From assembly GCF_037392515.1 (NCBI RefSeq), contig NC_090280.1, forward strand, positions 54,301,037 through 54,365,036: DNA of 64,000 nucleotides, read 5' to 3'. Positions 1-12,524 of this stretch are shown one piece after another; positions within the stretch are counted from its first letter, which is position 1; each line of letters starts with the position of its first letter. The DNA comes from Haliotis asinina (taxonomy: Eukaryota). The notes beneath the pieces were generated by a model. The model did not search any database and was not told the origin of the DNA. It saw only the letters and a list, made by a program, of their open reading frames with translations. A program made the translations under genes and the position numbers.

Positions 1-221
1 TTACTTATACATTATTTATACATGATTTTCCAAATTATTAATTGTTAGTTTTTCAAGTTATGTTTATATATTTTTGCATGTTGTGTGCATGCGTGTGATG
101 ATATTCTGGATTAGTGTCTTTTGGAAATATATAATTAGAACATTTATTAATGCAGTTATTTGTACTATTATGTTTTACAGATTGAATATATTACGTAGCA
201 AAGAGGGTTCGGGTTATCCTG

Positions 222-368
222 GGGGCGATGGGGTAGCCTAGTGGTTAAAGCGTTTGCCCGTCACACTGTAGGTTGGGGTTTGATTTTCCACGTGAGTACA
301 ATGTGTGGAGCCCAGTTCAGTCACTCTGAGTAAGCTCATCATCAGCTCAGGACTATTGCCCTTGCCCT
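222..368 (+). mobile_element. SINE family 1 copy, tRNA-derived head, 3'-truncated
   Basis: gggggcgatggggtagcctagtggttaaagcg... A-box (tagcctagtgg) and body shared with about 19 other copies in this window. Confidence 0.6.
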
Positions 369-505
369 CTTTACACAGAAAGATATGGCAAACTGAAAGA
401 GGTGTTTATTTAATTAAGCATGTAATTTGAATTCTGAAGTTTGACAGAAGTGGTTGGATGAACGGAAGAAGGTGGTTATGCTGGTAATTTTAGACAAAAA
501 ACGCG

Positions 506-744
506 TCAGGGCCGCGTTTCACAAAGCTCTCGTAAACCTTAGATCTCGTAACCTTTCTCGTTGCATCCGCATCTCCTATGCTACAGTATAGTAGGTACAA
601 TGGCTACGAGAAAACTTACGTGATCTTAGGCTTACGAGAGTTTTGTGAAACGGGGCCCTGGTATACTGTAACATAGGAGATGCATATGCTGCGAGAAAAG
701 TACGAGATCTTAGGCTTACGAGAGTTTTGTGAAACGGGCTCCTG
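506..744. mobile_element. MITE-like element, about 155 bp with about 45-bp terminal inverted repeats (506-660), plus an extra partial right-TIR copy (699-744)
   Basis: cagggccgcgtttcacaaagctctcgtaa at 506 matches the reverse complement of ttacgagagttttgtgaaacggggccctg at 632-660 with 2 mismatches in 29. A third TIR copy is at 699-744. Confidence 0.55.
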
Positions 745-899
745 TACATAATGGAAACAAAGCAACGTCAGGACCTGCCGGCAAAGAATACATACTCACA
801 GAACAAGAGTGATCAGTTACGACATAGAAGCATGCTACGTCTTAGAAATAGGGATTATGAAAGGTGTGTTAACAAATATCAAAAGCAGAATGTGCGTTT

Positions 900-1192
900 A
901 CATTATTATGTATCCAGAGTATGTCAAATTGTGTGTGTGCGGACGCGTGTGAGTGAGTGTGTGTCTCTGTGTGTCTCTCTGTCTGTGTGTGTGTGTGTGT
1001 GTATGTGTCTGTGTGTGTGCACAGTTCAATTTCATCCATTTCCGCCAGTTTCAGTGGTCATGCGGTGTGTGTGTGTGTGTGCGCGTGCGTGTGTGTGTGT
1101 GTGTGTGTGTCTGTGTGTGTGCATAGTTCAATTTCATCCATTTCCGCCAGAGTTTCAGTGGTCATGCGGTGTGTGTGTGTGTGTGTGTGCGC

Positions 1193-1243
<51 letters not shown>

Positions 1244-1250
1244 GTTTCAT
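900..1250. repeat. (GT)n/(TG)n microsatellite blocks interrupted by a duplicated about 55-bp unit (agttcaatttcatccatttccgccag..tttcagtggtcatgcggtg)
   Basis: Direct reading. The CVCVCV ORFs in the track are translation artefacts of this repeat. Confidence 0.9.
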
Positions 1251-3565
1251 ATAATTATGTGCAAGTGGATTATATAGGATTACGTGCGACCTAGAATGCC
1301 AGTTCCGATTAGAAATAGGGCCATGAAGATTTGGCTGTTTTAAGTGGACGTAGCAATGTCTGTATAGTGTTAGGTGTGTGTTTGTGTCCAGTGAACTCAG
1401 GACCATCATTCCGTGAAGTTTCTTGTGTGTGCAGTATAGTTGGACGTTCGGACGTTTCTGTCCCTACACATGATCTTTTGTCGAGAAAAATCCTTTTAGT
1501 TTCATTACTTCAGTCTATCAAACCGTTCCCTTTACAGTTCTACCTTCATTGGACCCTCCCATGTCTCAGCTCGGTTGGTCTCCCTTGCCCCCTCTACTGT
1601 GCTATCTGTGTATCCTGTACCAACGAGGGCAAGACAACGGGACAGTGGGAGATTTCTGAACATGGGCGACGGTATAAGGTAAAGCACTCTCACCTGGTCA
1701 GAATCCTCCCACGACCTCGCACTCTTGATTCCAGCTACAAGTTAGGCCTTCAAACATCTGCAACCTGTCCTCTCAGAGAAATGCGGCGACCAAACAAATT
1801 CTCTTAAAAGCGAACAAAGGTACTCGAAAGAGCCAATCAGACAGTATTAGGGTTCACTATAACAGCAGGAAAAGTGATTCAAGTGTTTCCCCTTTGTATT
1901 ACTGACAAACCGGACGGCAATAGTGACGAATAGATGTCATTGGATATGTAAATAGCACAAACCAGGAAGCAAGTCGGAAACTATTTTATACAAAGCAGAC
2001 GACTTAGTATTACGATACCCATTTATTTTAACGAAGAGGCACTTAGAGTTTGTTTTCTGAAAACGTCTTCTAACTGTCGAACTCCATTAGCGTTTGCGAG
2101 TGACCCTCTTGAGTATCAGTATGAAGCATTCCTCCGACACCAAAAATGCAAATCATGGCAGTGTCGGAAACAGGTCAAAAGGGCCAAAACTGCAAGAGTC
2201 AAAAGGGCCAAAGGGGAAGTCAAAAGGACCATAGATTAAAGCCAAAAGGGCTTAAGTTTAAGAAAATGGTAAGATTAGAAGAAATTCATTCCATGTTGTT
2301 GCAGTAGTTCTAATCCTATACATCTCAGAGTGGTTAAATGTTTATTTTATAAGTACAGTCAACCATGCAAATGTTTGTTTAATGACTACAGGTTTTACCA
2401 CAGTCACTGTGACAATAAACACTATTCAATAATTCAAACACGATTAACGATTTAATTAGATGTAAATGGTCTCATGACTCAGAATGTTGTAGAAAACAAG
2501 CAGTTCAACCACAATTCAGACTGGTAACCATACGTTTAAACTGAGTTGTTTATGACAAGACACTTAGGACGAACCAACATGCCCTCGAGTGGAACAGTTC
2601 TCAGAGATGGGCCCATCGTAGCTGTGACACCAACATGACCAGAGACCCTTGTCCTTTGGCCCTTTAGATTCTAACCCGGTAACAGACATCAAGACATTAC
2701 CTCGGGCAAGAATATAATTCGTGATATTGCAGGAATTCTCTGAAATGTGTATGCTACAACCTCCCGCAGTACGTGGCCGACACTACACGGCGGGTGTTTC
2801 AAACGGAAACCGTTTGTAAAAATGTGTTAGGTATTAAAGGCTGTTCATGGCCGGAGCTGATCGTGGTCGTGTTAGGTCGTCATCACTCGCCCCTTTCCGC
2901 AACCTGCAAGAAGACGCATTCCCCTATCAACGAAACAGTTGTGCGAAACCAAGATTGTAGTATGATTTCCAGTACTTTGGGCAAGGAATCCTTCAGAATA
3001 GTTTTCATATACGTTGTTGTATCTAGAATTCTATTATGACTTTAGTGAATACTGAATTGTGATTGGTTGACTAAGGTCATTGACAGGTATGTAATCATGT
3101 TAAAAAGGTCTATATTTTCAGTGCGCAATAATACATAGTTTACGGTAATTTACGTACGGTTTACTATAATTCAGTTTGCTTGCCAACATGGTGGTCACCA
3201 AACAAAATACCGATATACACATGTCTTTGAAAATGGATTCAGCGATGGTGATCTCGACACATTAATTGAGTAAATCGCAGAAATGTGTGATAATACAAGT
3301 ACAATTACATCACACGCACGGAAAAACAAATATTCAGCCGACAAGATCAAAACATCGTCTTTCTTTCGAGTTCAGCAAGCAGAATATGTTGCATATTCAT
3401 GCAATGTTATACCAAAATGACTGAACGATACTTTCTTACACGAGTTCCACATTAAATTCATCATGAGACTTCGTTGACATACTTAAATTAAATTTAAAGG
3501 TATTATAATGCCGTTATAATACCTATAATTTAAAAACAGCGTGCTAGTATGTTTTCTCTTTAATA

Positions 3566-3736
3566 TACCGCGGTCTTGCAGGTAAAGCGTTCAGTCGTCA
3601 AACCGAAGTTCGACGTTCGATTCCCAAGTTGCGTACAATGTGTGAAGCCCATTTGGTGTCCCCTGCCACGATATTGCTGGAACACTGCTAAAAGCGGCGT
3701 AAAACTAAACTCACTACCTAACCACAAGCCCAAGTG
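3566..3736 (+). mobile_element. SINE family 1 copy
   Basis: gcgttcagtcgtcaaaccgaagttcgacgttcgattccc...tgtgaagcccatttggtgtcccctgccacgatattgctggaacactgctaaaagcggcgtaaaactaaactcac. Confidence 0.7.
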
Positions 3737-6240
3737 TTCTTTCAATAACTTTATCTTTTCGAGTAAAAATTTGTTTTGAGAGATGGCAAACCTATACCCC
3801 AACTCAGCACTAAAGTACCTAGTCAGTCAGCCCCTGAACTGCATTATTGTCTCTTTAGTACCCAGTCCTGCCTGCCTGGTGTGCTAAAGCCATAATGACG
3901 TAAGTCTGAATCTCCCAAACCAGTGGAGTATAGTTTCAATTTATTTGTTTATTTGTTTCTGTCAATACTATACATATTCACAGACTATTATGACGATTAA
4001 TCTTGTCGTAAAGAAGTGTATGATCATAGGAACGAGCTTGGGGTCCGTTCAAACTTTATGGCTGAGGGTGGGAGAGAAAGCTAAGGCCACCTACTTTGTT
4101 CAGTGGAGATGTGTGTTCATCATTTCGAGCCCGCACGGACGCACACACGCACGCGTACGGTCCCTAGGTATTGTTGAGTATCCCCATAAGAACTCGTGTC
4201 ACTCTCATGCTGAAATCTAAGTAAGAGGGTAAATGGAAAAATCAGTTACACCCCATCGTCTCCTCCACCTCCCACCCCTCCCCGTCCATACTCAAGTCTT
4301 GTAACGGGTGGGGGCTCTTCGGAATCTCCGTATTGGTCGGTAAAATGGAAATATGCAGCCTGGTTTACAGGATTTAATTCCTAAACATCGCAAACAGCTA
4401 AGTCACCAACCGGAAGAGAGAACCAATGGGGTAAGATCTGATGGTAACTTACCCTGGTAACACAATGAACCCTAAGGATGTAATTGACACCCGAGATCAA
4501 CAGAGCAAGACAATGGTGTGCAAAGCAGCGTTGTTTTGTTGTTTTTTATCTTCAGCTTGATGAAACAGTGCGATAATTTGATTACAATAGCTAATTGTTA
4601 CACTTCAATGGCGAATACTTTGATTTTAGTACTGTAACAAACAGATCCGCCGGAGTGGATATCATAATATGTGTCTTTGAGGCGATCAAACTTTCAAAAG
4701 ACGATGACAGCCGTGGCAAGTCTAGATGGAGCAATTTGGTTGTCAAGGGAGGACAACTCTCGCTTTCGCGTGACGTCAAGCAGTCAACATGGTGAATTCA
4801 AGTTCCTGTTGGGCCTGAATTTATTGGCGACGGAAGAAACAGGCGGCACATCGACTGTGAACCGAAGACTGAATAGATATTGTTCGTAATATGTGTGATA
4901 TTTATTCTCGACGTAATGTTTAGAGGATGATATTATCCAGGCGGGAGTCGTAACTTTAGATGTTAGGCGAGACCCTGATTTTGACGATTGTCTTCGATTT
5001 TGACCAGTTTTATCATCGATTACTGATCATGTGATTATAATCACTCACTTGTCAAATAAATTATCACGGTGATCCAGCAAAATATACTAAATTATTCATG
5101 CACCATGAACTAGGTCAGTCTGTCAACATCTTGATACAAATGTTGATGAGATACCTACACCCAGCTGGTAGCTGATACTCGATAGTGATGAGAAAGGCAT
5201 GTCATTTGGCTGTGTATAGGGTCCTACTCCATGGACGACTCTTGGGTCAATAGCAGGGTGTTTCGACGTAGAGATAGTTAGGCAGGTGAAGTTGGTTCAC
5301 ATTTAGTGTCGCTGGTATTTAGTCCATATTACTTATCCTAGTGGTGTATACATTGGTACTGGTAGGAAAATGGTCCCCAGTTGGCTGAAGTATGTATATA
5401 TATGTTTATAATTTGTATTTATATTTTTATATTTGACTTTCTCTACCCTGATCAGGGTCATGTCTTGACTGTATAGGACCACATGACAGATCTGTCTGAT
5501 AGGGATAACCACAAACAGGTGTTCAATAGCTCACTAGCTAACTATTTTGTCAATACCAAGTATATGACATGATATGAATTGCACAAAAGCCGTCTTTTCG
5601 TATGAATGTATGTCTTTGATTGCCCTTTCCAATAACCGTTTCAAGGTATAAATGTATGTGGTTATAAAGTGTTAATGTGACGTTCTTAAATGATCATTTG
5701 TTAAGTGAGATGTTTTCATGGTAAATGTGTAGGTTCAAATTAGAGACTTGAATGTCAGGTGCTAAGAATGAGGTACTTTGCAACTACCCCAATAGATTTT
5801 GCTTTGAAATGTTTCCGGAATAAATTGTAGCAATTTAGTTGTCACTGTGCGTAACATGTGAGGTATACTCAGAGATTTAAAGATTTGCATTTTGTACTCT
5901 GTCCTGTCATAACTTTGTCCCAACATATACCACCCAGATACACTTGCTAAGTTAGTTAACAAAGTACATGTGTACAAAAACTTCTGCTTGAAAAACAGTT
6001 ATTAGGAACAGTTCGTGTGATGTGCGTCGGTTCCATTTACAATAACAGCCGATACCATCAGGACTTGTAATGTCTGCTTTCAGTCTGTGCCATAATTGCA
6101 CAATGCTTTGGTTCCTCATGTTGATACAATTGTTTCATCCCACAAAAAAATGTTACGTCAATACCACACATTCATCTCATAAGTCAGGGGAAAATATAAA
6201 ACTCCTTATATCATCCATTAGTTTTCTGTTATCATGTGGG

Positions 6241-6509
6241 GCCACTGGGCTAGCCAGGTGGTCAAAGCAATCACTTGTCATGCCAAAGACCTGGGATCTA
6301 TTCCACAAATGGGTACAATGTGTGATGCCCATTTCTGGTGTCCCCAAACGTGAGATTGCTGGAATATTGCCAAATGCTGAAGTGGCGTAAGACCAAACTC
6401 ACACACCTACTGTTATCATGTGTGACTCATTCCAGTCACAGTGTGGATACTATATTGCTGATGTGACTATAAATTTTCACTCACTCACTCACTCACTCAC
6501 TCACTCACT
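6241..6509 (+). mobile_element. SINE family 1 copy followed by a (CACT)n tract (6478-6509)
   Basis: ...gggtacaatgtgtgatgcccatttctggtgtcccc...attgctggaatattgccaaatgctgaagtggcgtaagaccaaactcac, then tcactcactcactcactcactcactcactg. Confidence 0.7.
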
Positions 6510-7139
6510 GTGGCAATAAGATATACTACACTTTTAAAATATGTATAAGAAGTATGTAACAAAAAGCTACTGAACTGAACTGCAATCTCTGCTCCTATTT
6601 GGCTGAAACTATGCTGCTGTTTAATGAGAACTCAGTCATTAGGATCCGAGCCGATGCTCAATTGTGTACAGCACAGACTCCATATTGTCATGCCAGCCAG
6701 TCAGCATGCAAACTACTGTTTGTCAGTATCAGGAAGTGAAGAATTCAAGGAAACGTATCTGATTTTCTATCTTAAAAATAATATAAACTGACAGTTCCTA
6801 ATAGGAAATAATGGTGACTGTGCTCATTCCATATACGTTTCATGTTTCTGGCCAAATCAAAGAATTGTGTTTCATTTCTACTACACTAAAATGTAGTAAG
6901 AACTGCCATGACATCATAGGCAAGAATGTCCATCAGATCATGAAGGCTCATGCTTAAATAACTTGCTCTGTCATTGGCTCAGAGACCTTTGCATCCTGTA
7001 TTTTGATTGGTCGAAGTTTTACTGAAGGTGTTCCTGAGTTACACCTTTGGGGTTTGCCAGATGTATATTCCTGTCATTATCTTTTCATTTGTTTGTCATA
7101 TGCAGGACTGGAGTGTTGACCTGTGGGCATTGATGCTTT

Positions 7140-7237
7140 GTGGGTGACTCGGGTGTGGTCGGATGGGGGCGGGAGCCGTGGGTGGCCAGCAACAGCAAGG
7201 GACAATTGTAACCAATCAGGAGATCTTGTCAAAAACC
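7140..7237 (+). promoter_or_regulatory. Putative core promoter of the RNF34/RFFL-like gene (GC box plus CCAAT box)
   Basis: gggggcggg at 7165-7173 and ccaat at 7212-7216 lie about 25-70 bp upstream of the ATG at 7238 (caaaaaccATGg). G-rich, CpG-containing. Confidence 0.4.
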
Positions 7238-7285
7238 ATGGCATGTGAGTCATGTGCTACGGAGTTCACAATCTTCAAACGGAAG
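7238..7285 (+). CDS. RNF34: RNF34/RFFL-family E3 ubiquitin ligase, coding exon 1 (MACESCATEFTIFKRK; start of the FYVE-like finger)
   Basis: ATG in A..ATGG context. Matches C-x2-C ..F.VFRKK of human RNF34/RFFL. Donor AAG|gtatgt at 7286. Confidence 0.6.
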
Positions 7286-8070
7286 GTATGTACACATTGT
7301 GTTTAAAGAACAACTGTGTGGTTATTTGACATACATTCAAACTATATAAAAATCTGTAAATAATCGAATCTGCACCTGACAATCCAGTGATTGACATCAT
7401 GACCAGTACTCTTCACAATTTGGATTGAGCGTGAACCCAGATGAAGATATCATACAGAAACTTGAAGGCCTTATGGTGCCAGTTAAGTTGGAACATTCCT
7501 CATAATTTATGTGTGACAAGAACAAAACTGTTAAACATAGTTTCTACTTAAATTTCAAACTGCACATTACCACCTGGTGTTGCTCTCAATTAGAAAGACA
7601 GAAACATAAACTCAGGTATTTCTTTTATTCAATGTAAATAATATAAATTAGAAATGATGTCTTGAAAGTTTCTCATTCTTGGCATATTCGCCTTTATCAA
7701 GATTTAACACTGATGACCTGACAAGATTCTTACATGTATGCTCTGTGTTCTTTCCAAAAGCTCAAGTAACCATATCTTAACTATTTTTTGAGCTGTAAGA
7801 ATTAATTTCTTTATGAACATTATTAAATACATGTATAAACAAACATGACACCTATCAACATCTAAGATGAACATGGTCATGCAAATAAATGTTACAGTAA
7901 ACTAGTTATAGGAAGCTCAAAGGGATCACTAGTTTTATTTGTCATATCTGAAGCTCATTATTGGTGCGTCTTCATAGTTTATATGATTGTTTGAACATCT
8001 TTGTGGAAGTTCATGAGTCAAAATTGAAGCATGCAACTGTATTGATGACAACGTCTTGTGTATTGCATCT

Positions 8071-8305
8071 ATTTGGTCAACGAAGATACTTGTACCATTA
8101 TTTGGTCAACGAAGATACTTGTACCATTATTTGGTCAACGAAGATACTTGTACCATTATTTGGTCAACGAAGATACTTGCACCATTATTTGGTCAACGAA
8201 GATACTTGTACCATTATTTGGTCAACGAAGATACTTGTACCATTGTTTGGTCAACGAAGATACTTGTACCATTATTTGGTCAGCGAAGATACTTGCACCA
8301 TTATT
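8071..8305. repeat. 29-bp minisatellite, about 8 copies (atttggtcaacgaagatacttgtaccatt), in intron 1 of the RNF34-like gene
   Basis: Direct reading. The ORFs at 7961-8378 in the track are artefacts of this array. Confidence 0.9.
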
Positions 8306-9163
8306 GATACTTGGTGTGACGATACAGAAAATTCTTGATACGATGCGTATTGTGATATCTTGGAACAATATAATGTGATTTGATGCACATCATGATATGC
8401 TATCTTTTGCTATTTCTTTCAAAAACGTATATTTTGATATCCAGTAAAAGTGTAATTTTTTACATCACCATCAGGTTTTAGTGAAGATGAGCAATTTTTA
8501 GGTCAACAATACATATCATGATACGGACAAAAGTATCGATATATTTATCGTCCAGCAAAGTATCATGATTATCGATACTACGATATATCTTCACAGCTTT
8601 AGTAAGAATCTACATTGAAACATCACTCTTTGCAACATACAAGAAGTTGTTTTCAATAAAGTTGTATGCGTCTGTACAAGCCATATGATTTCATTTTTGA
8701 GACCTATGAATCGCTCACTAATATAGAATCTAATAATTGCCACAAAACCAAATTTTGAACAGTCACATGAAATCAACAAACCAACAGTGATGATTTGTCT
8801 CATAATTTTGGACACCCTAATAAAAAAGTTGTTAAACAAATAATTCATGACTTTGTTGTCACGTTTTACTATTTTTTACGAGAGGAGACCACTTCCTAGT
8901 AGTACAACAACGAGGTGTGGGAGTTGCAAGTGTGGAATTGACATTTCACTACATGTGCTTGAGGATTGCCTGGCTGTTCTACCAGCAAGTGGTCCCTCCC
9001 CCATACAAAATAGCCAAAGTGACAACAAAATAGAGTTTTTTGATATTTCTTTTAATTTAGGTAATGGTGTGAATAGGTACACTGAGTGTAAAAAATTTGT
9101 TAGACACAAAACAGTCATTTACTTTTCTTATGTATTATGTTTGTTTTTTAATTTTTTTTTCAG

Positions 9164-9457
9164 AAAATGTGCAGAGATTGTAAACGTCAATTTTGCTCAA
9201 CTTGTCTGCCAAAAGAAGCAAATAAACGTGATAGACAATGTGAAAAGTGCCGAATTATTGTCTCTGGGAACTTTAGCCGCCAAATCTTGCAAGAGTGGAG
9301 GGTCAAGGACATGCGATGCTTCCTTGACAGCCACAACATTCCAACCAATATGTGCCGTGAAAAACATGACCTCATTGACCTTGTGATACTCCACTACAGC
9401 CGAGGATCTGTCTCAAACTCAGAGGTTGAGCATGAGAGACTGGTACAGCAGTTGGTG
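9164..9457 (+). CDS. RNF34: RNF34/RFFL-like exon 2 (KMCRDCKRQFCSTCL...NMCREKHDLIDLVILHY...ERLVQQLV)
   Basis: Acceptor tttttttttcag|AAAATG. Phase 0, 294 nt. Matches human CDCKKDFC..C.LC and TCREKEDLVDLVL. Donor TTGGTG|gtaagt at 9458. Confidence 0.8.
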
Positions 9458-9905
9458 GTAAGTCCTGCTTGTATTGGGTAGAGAAGGTGGGATTTATATC
9501 TGTCAGTCAACTCAGGGAGGCGCAACGTGAGAGACTGGTACAGCAGTTGGTGGTAAGTCCTGCTTGTATTGGGTAGAGAAGGTGGGATTTATATCTGTCA
9601 GTCAACTCAGGGAGGCGCAACGAGTGAGAGACTGGTACAGCAGTTGGTGGTAAGTCCTGCTTGTATTGGGTAGAGATGGAAGGATGTATATCTGTCAATC
9701 ATCGCAAGAAGGCGGAATGTGAGAGACTGGTACAGCAGTTGGTGGTAAGTCCTGCTTGTATTGGGTAGAGATGGAAGGATGTATATCTGTCAATCATCGC
9801 AAGAAGGCGGAATGTGAGAGACTGGTACAGCAGCTGGTGGTAAGTCCTGCTTGTATTGGGTAGAGATGGAAGGATGTATATCTGTCAATCATCTCAGAGA
9901 GGCAG
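9431..9905 (+). repeat. Tandem array of 5 units of about 95 bp. Each unit contains the last 23 nt of exon 2 plus its 5' splice site plus 72 nt of intron
   Basis: gagagactggtacagcagttggtg|gtaagtcctgcttgtattgggtagag... recurs at about 9434, 9529, 9626, 9721 and 9816. Confidence 0.9.
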
Positions 9906-9973
9906 TTGAGATAGCTATATTGCTGTTGTCATGTTTTTAAGATGAATTTTTCTGCATCCTTGTTTGTTTACAG

Positions 9974-10060
9974 GAGCGGATGAGAGAAGACAATGAGTCA
10001 GATGTGCCCCCAACAGATACACAGACAGATGTAGTCATTCCCCCAGAGGAACCCATGCAG
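9974..10060 (+). CDS. RNF34: RNF34/RFFL-like exon 3 (ERMREDNESDVPPTDTQTDVVIPPEEPMQ; acidic linker)
   Basis: Acceptor tttgtttacag|GAG, donor CAG|gtactt. 87 nt, phase 0-0. Confidence 0.65.
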
Positions 10061-11139
10061 GTACTTAGTTTACTCCAATCCATAGTGATTTGAACCTTAA
10101 TGACCAGGGGTTTGTTAAAAAGTGTTTCTCAACAACTAGATGAGATGGTTATTTATTTACCCAATTCAAGAGAAGTAGTAGTAGCAGTGGAGAGTATAAA
10201 ATATGTCGCTCAGGTGACAGATTTAGTAACACCTGCTTCATTTAATCTTTGAAGAGGATTACAGTGAAACAGTTTAGCTGTGGCAATGACCAGGGTTTGC
10301 AGGGGCTTGGAAAAGTCTGAAATTGGAACGTTGTAACAACAAATATGTCCTAAGTTCCTTTGAGCCGGGGAAATGTTCAGTTTGCCTGTGGTTTGTTCAG
10401 AAAAAGGCCTTATTTATCAAAATTTGTCAAATTATAGAACATCGAATATAGAATGGAAGTGTGTGTTGATTAATTTGCTATCATGAAACAAAACCATCCC
10501 AGTGCCATGATGTAGCTAAAAGTTACCTCCCTTTATAAACCCTACAATCAACCATGTGTTTCTTCAACTACTTATATGTTTTACATATGCATTTCTAAAC
10601 GAGCTTAAAGTTGTTGATTTGGCCTCAAAAGGTGCCTTAAGTTTGAAGACTGTAACAGTTGTGAATGAGATGGTGAGACAGTCAGCTTCACTTTTAACGT
10701 ACAGCATGCTTCAGTATTTTCCTGTGGAGACTAGCATTATCATGGACACTCATCACTGCTATAAATAGACACTGTGAACATGGACAAAACGTTTTAAAGA
10801 ATATATTGTGTCATTGTTTCTGTGAATATATTGAATAATATATTTCTGATGTGTAATTGTATTAGTTTCCCCAATCCAGTAATTGTTAAAACTGTCCGTA
10901 TCATAATCGTCTCGTAGTTGATTCACTGCAGTAAAAATCTAACTGGCTGACATCCGAAATAGTGAGAGGCTGATATCAAAGAACCTTGGATAATTGTTTC
11001 TGTTTTCTAAACGATACATTCATTGAAGACTTTAGTCATTCCTTCTTGACAGATTTAGGTCATAGAGGCCTACGGAATTATTTGATTTAAATGTAAGGTT
11101 CAAACACTACCATGAATCTCTTAACCTTGGGTATTGCAG

Positions 11140-11341
11140 GACTCACCTGTGTTAAATCAAGTTCCCCGTATGAGGCTTGATAATATTTCATCTGTGGAGG
11201 AGGTTGACACACTGACAGTCAGGCAGTTGAAAGAGGTCCTTGCAAATAACTTTGTGGATTACAAGGGGTGCTGTGAAAAGTCAGAACTCACTGACCGAGT
11301 GAAGCGGCTGTGGAATGAAGAACAGATAAACAGAGACAAAG
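11140..11341 (+). CDS. RNF34: RNF34/RFFL-like exon 4 ([67 protein letters not shown])
   Basis: Acceptor gtattgcag|G, donor AAAG|gtaact. Strong match to human [27 protein letters not shown].RLY. Confidence 0.8.
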
Positions 11342-12409
11342 GTAACTAGGCAGTACAGTGTATTTTGTCCACAGGACTGATGAGGTCACATTGTCGGTGA
11401 GGGATGGTCAGCGTTTCTTGGTCATGCTGAAGACCCAATTTAATTCCTCGTGTAAAACCCATTTGTTGTATCCTGTGATATTACAGGAATATTACTAAAA
11501 GTACATGCACAAACAGCATACCTGCCATGCTCACTCTCACTCACATCTGTGGTGAACAAAAGGACTTTGAAAGCTTGAATTGTAATGTTTGTCTTGAAAA
11601 GGTCATAATCAGCAGGGATTGGGAAAGAGAACTTTGACAAAACACCATTTACAGGATTATTAGCCATTTTCTGTATTTTGAATGGGCCATTGCCCTTGTG
11701 TCAATTGTAAACTTCAAAATTTTAATGGGTCATTTTTAATTCTAATGTGCAAAATGGCCCATGAACCCTGCCTTTCCCTGAATCAATATCGTTCTATGCT
11801 TTTAAATACTTGTTTTTAGAAGTCCTGGAATTATGCTCTTACTACACATCAAAATTCATTTATATGCAAAATACAATCTTTTTCGCTATTGTCCAACAAC
11901 TTATGTGATGATGCTGTACCAAACTGAGCTGATTTTGCATGCCTAGTTTGTATGATTGATAGGGCTGGATATAGCCCTGATTTTCATACTGCAATATTTT
12001 GCAATGATTTAAGAGATATTGGGACACGTATTGTGATACATCGACTGGAAGGTTTCTGTCCAGGTGTGTACCATAATTTCATAAAAGCTTTCTGTGTGCA
12101 ACACCATTACCTTAGTTGCTGTTACACCATACTTTCAGGCTACTCGTCCCAATTATGTATGGTGGCATGCCAATGCATTACAGATAAATAAAATGATATA
12201 GAGCCTTAATGTAGAATGTTTAATGGAAGTCCTGTATTGCAAGAAAGTTGCACGAACATAATGCTTAAGGTAATGTAACGATTTTCATGATCAGTGTTGC
12301 TTTCTTCTACATAATGCACTCCAATGCACCAATTGTGTAATTATTGTTACTGCATGTTAGTGATTCATCGGGAATCAATTCAGTATTAGAACTTGTATGC
12401 TTCTCTCGA

Positions 12410-12524
12410 GGGTAATACGGTCTGATGTACGCCTCTTTGTAGCAAATTTAAAGTTACCTGAGCCAGTAGATGGTAGAAGGGGATAACACTGCTACATAGA
12501 AGGGTACATCAGACCGTATTACCC
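12410..12524. mobile_element. Hairpin MITE, 115 bp, perfect 21-bp TIRs (gggtaatacggtctgatgtac ... gtacatcagaccgtattaccc)
   Basis: Direct reading of the inverted repeat. Confidence 0.6.

Noticed and set aside
751-1277. ORFs encoding CVCVCV.. / VCVCV.. polypeptides
   Set aside because: They are translation of a (GT)n microsatellite, with no start context and no homology.
7961-8378. Three overlapping ORFs with repeating LVNEDTCTIIWSTKILVPLFGQRRY motifs
   Set aside because: They are reading-frame echoes of the 29-bp minisatellite in an intron.
8847-9386. 179-aa ORF overlapping RNF34-like exon 2 in another frame
   Set aside because: It is out of frame with the conserved FYVE-like and CARP motifs, it crosses the intron/exon boundary, and it has no homology.
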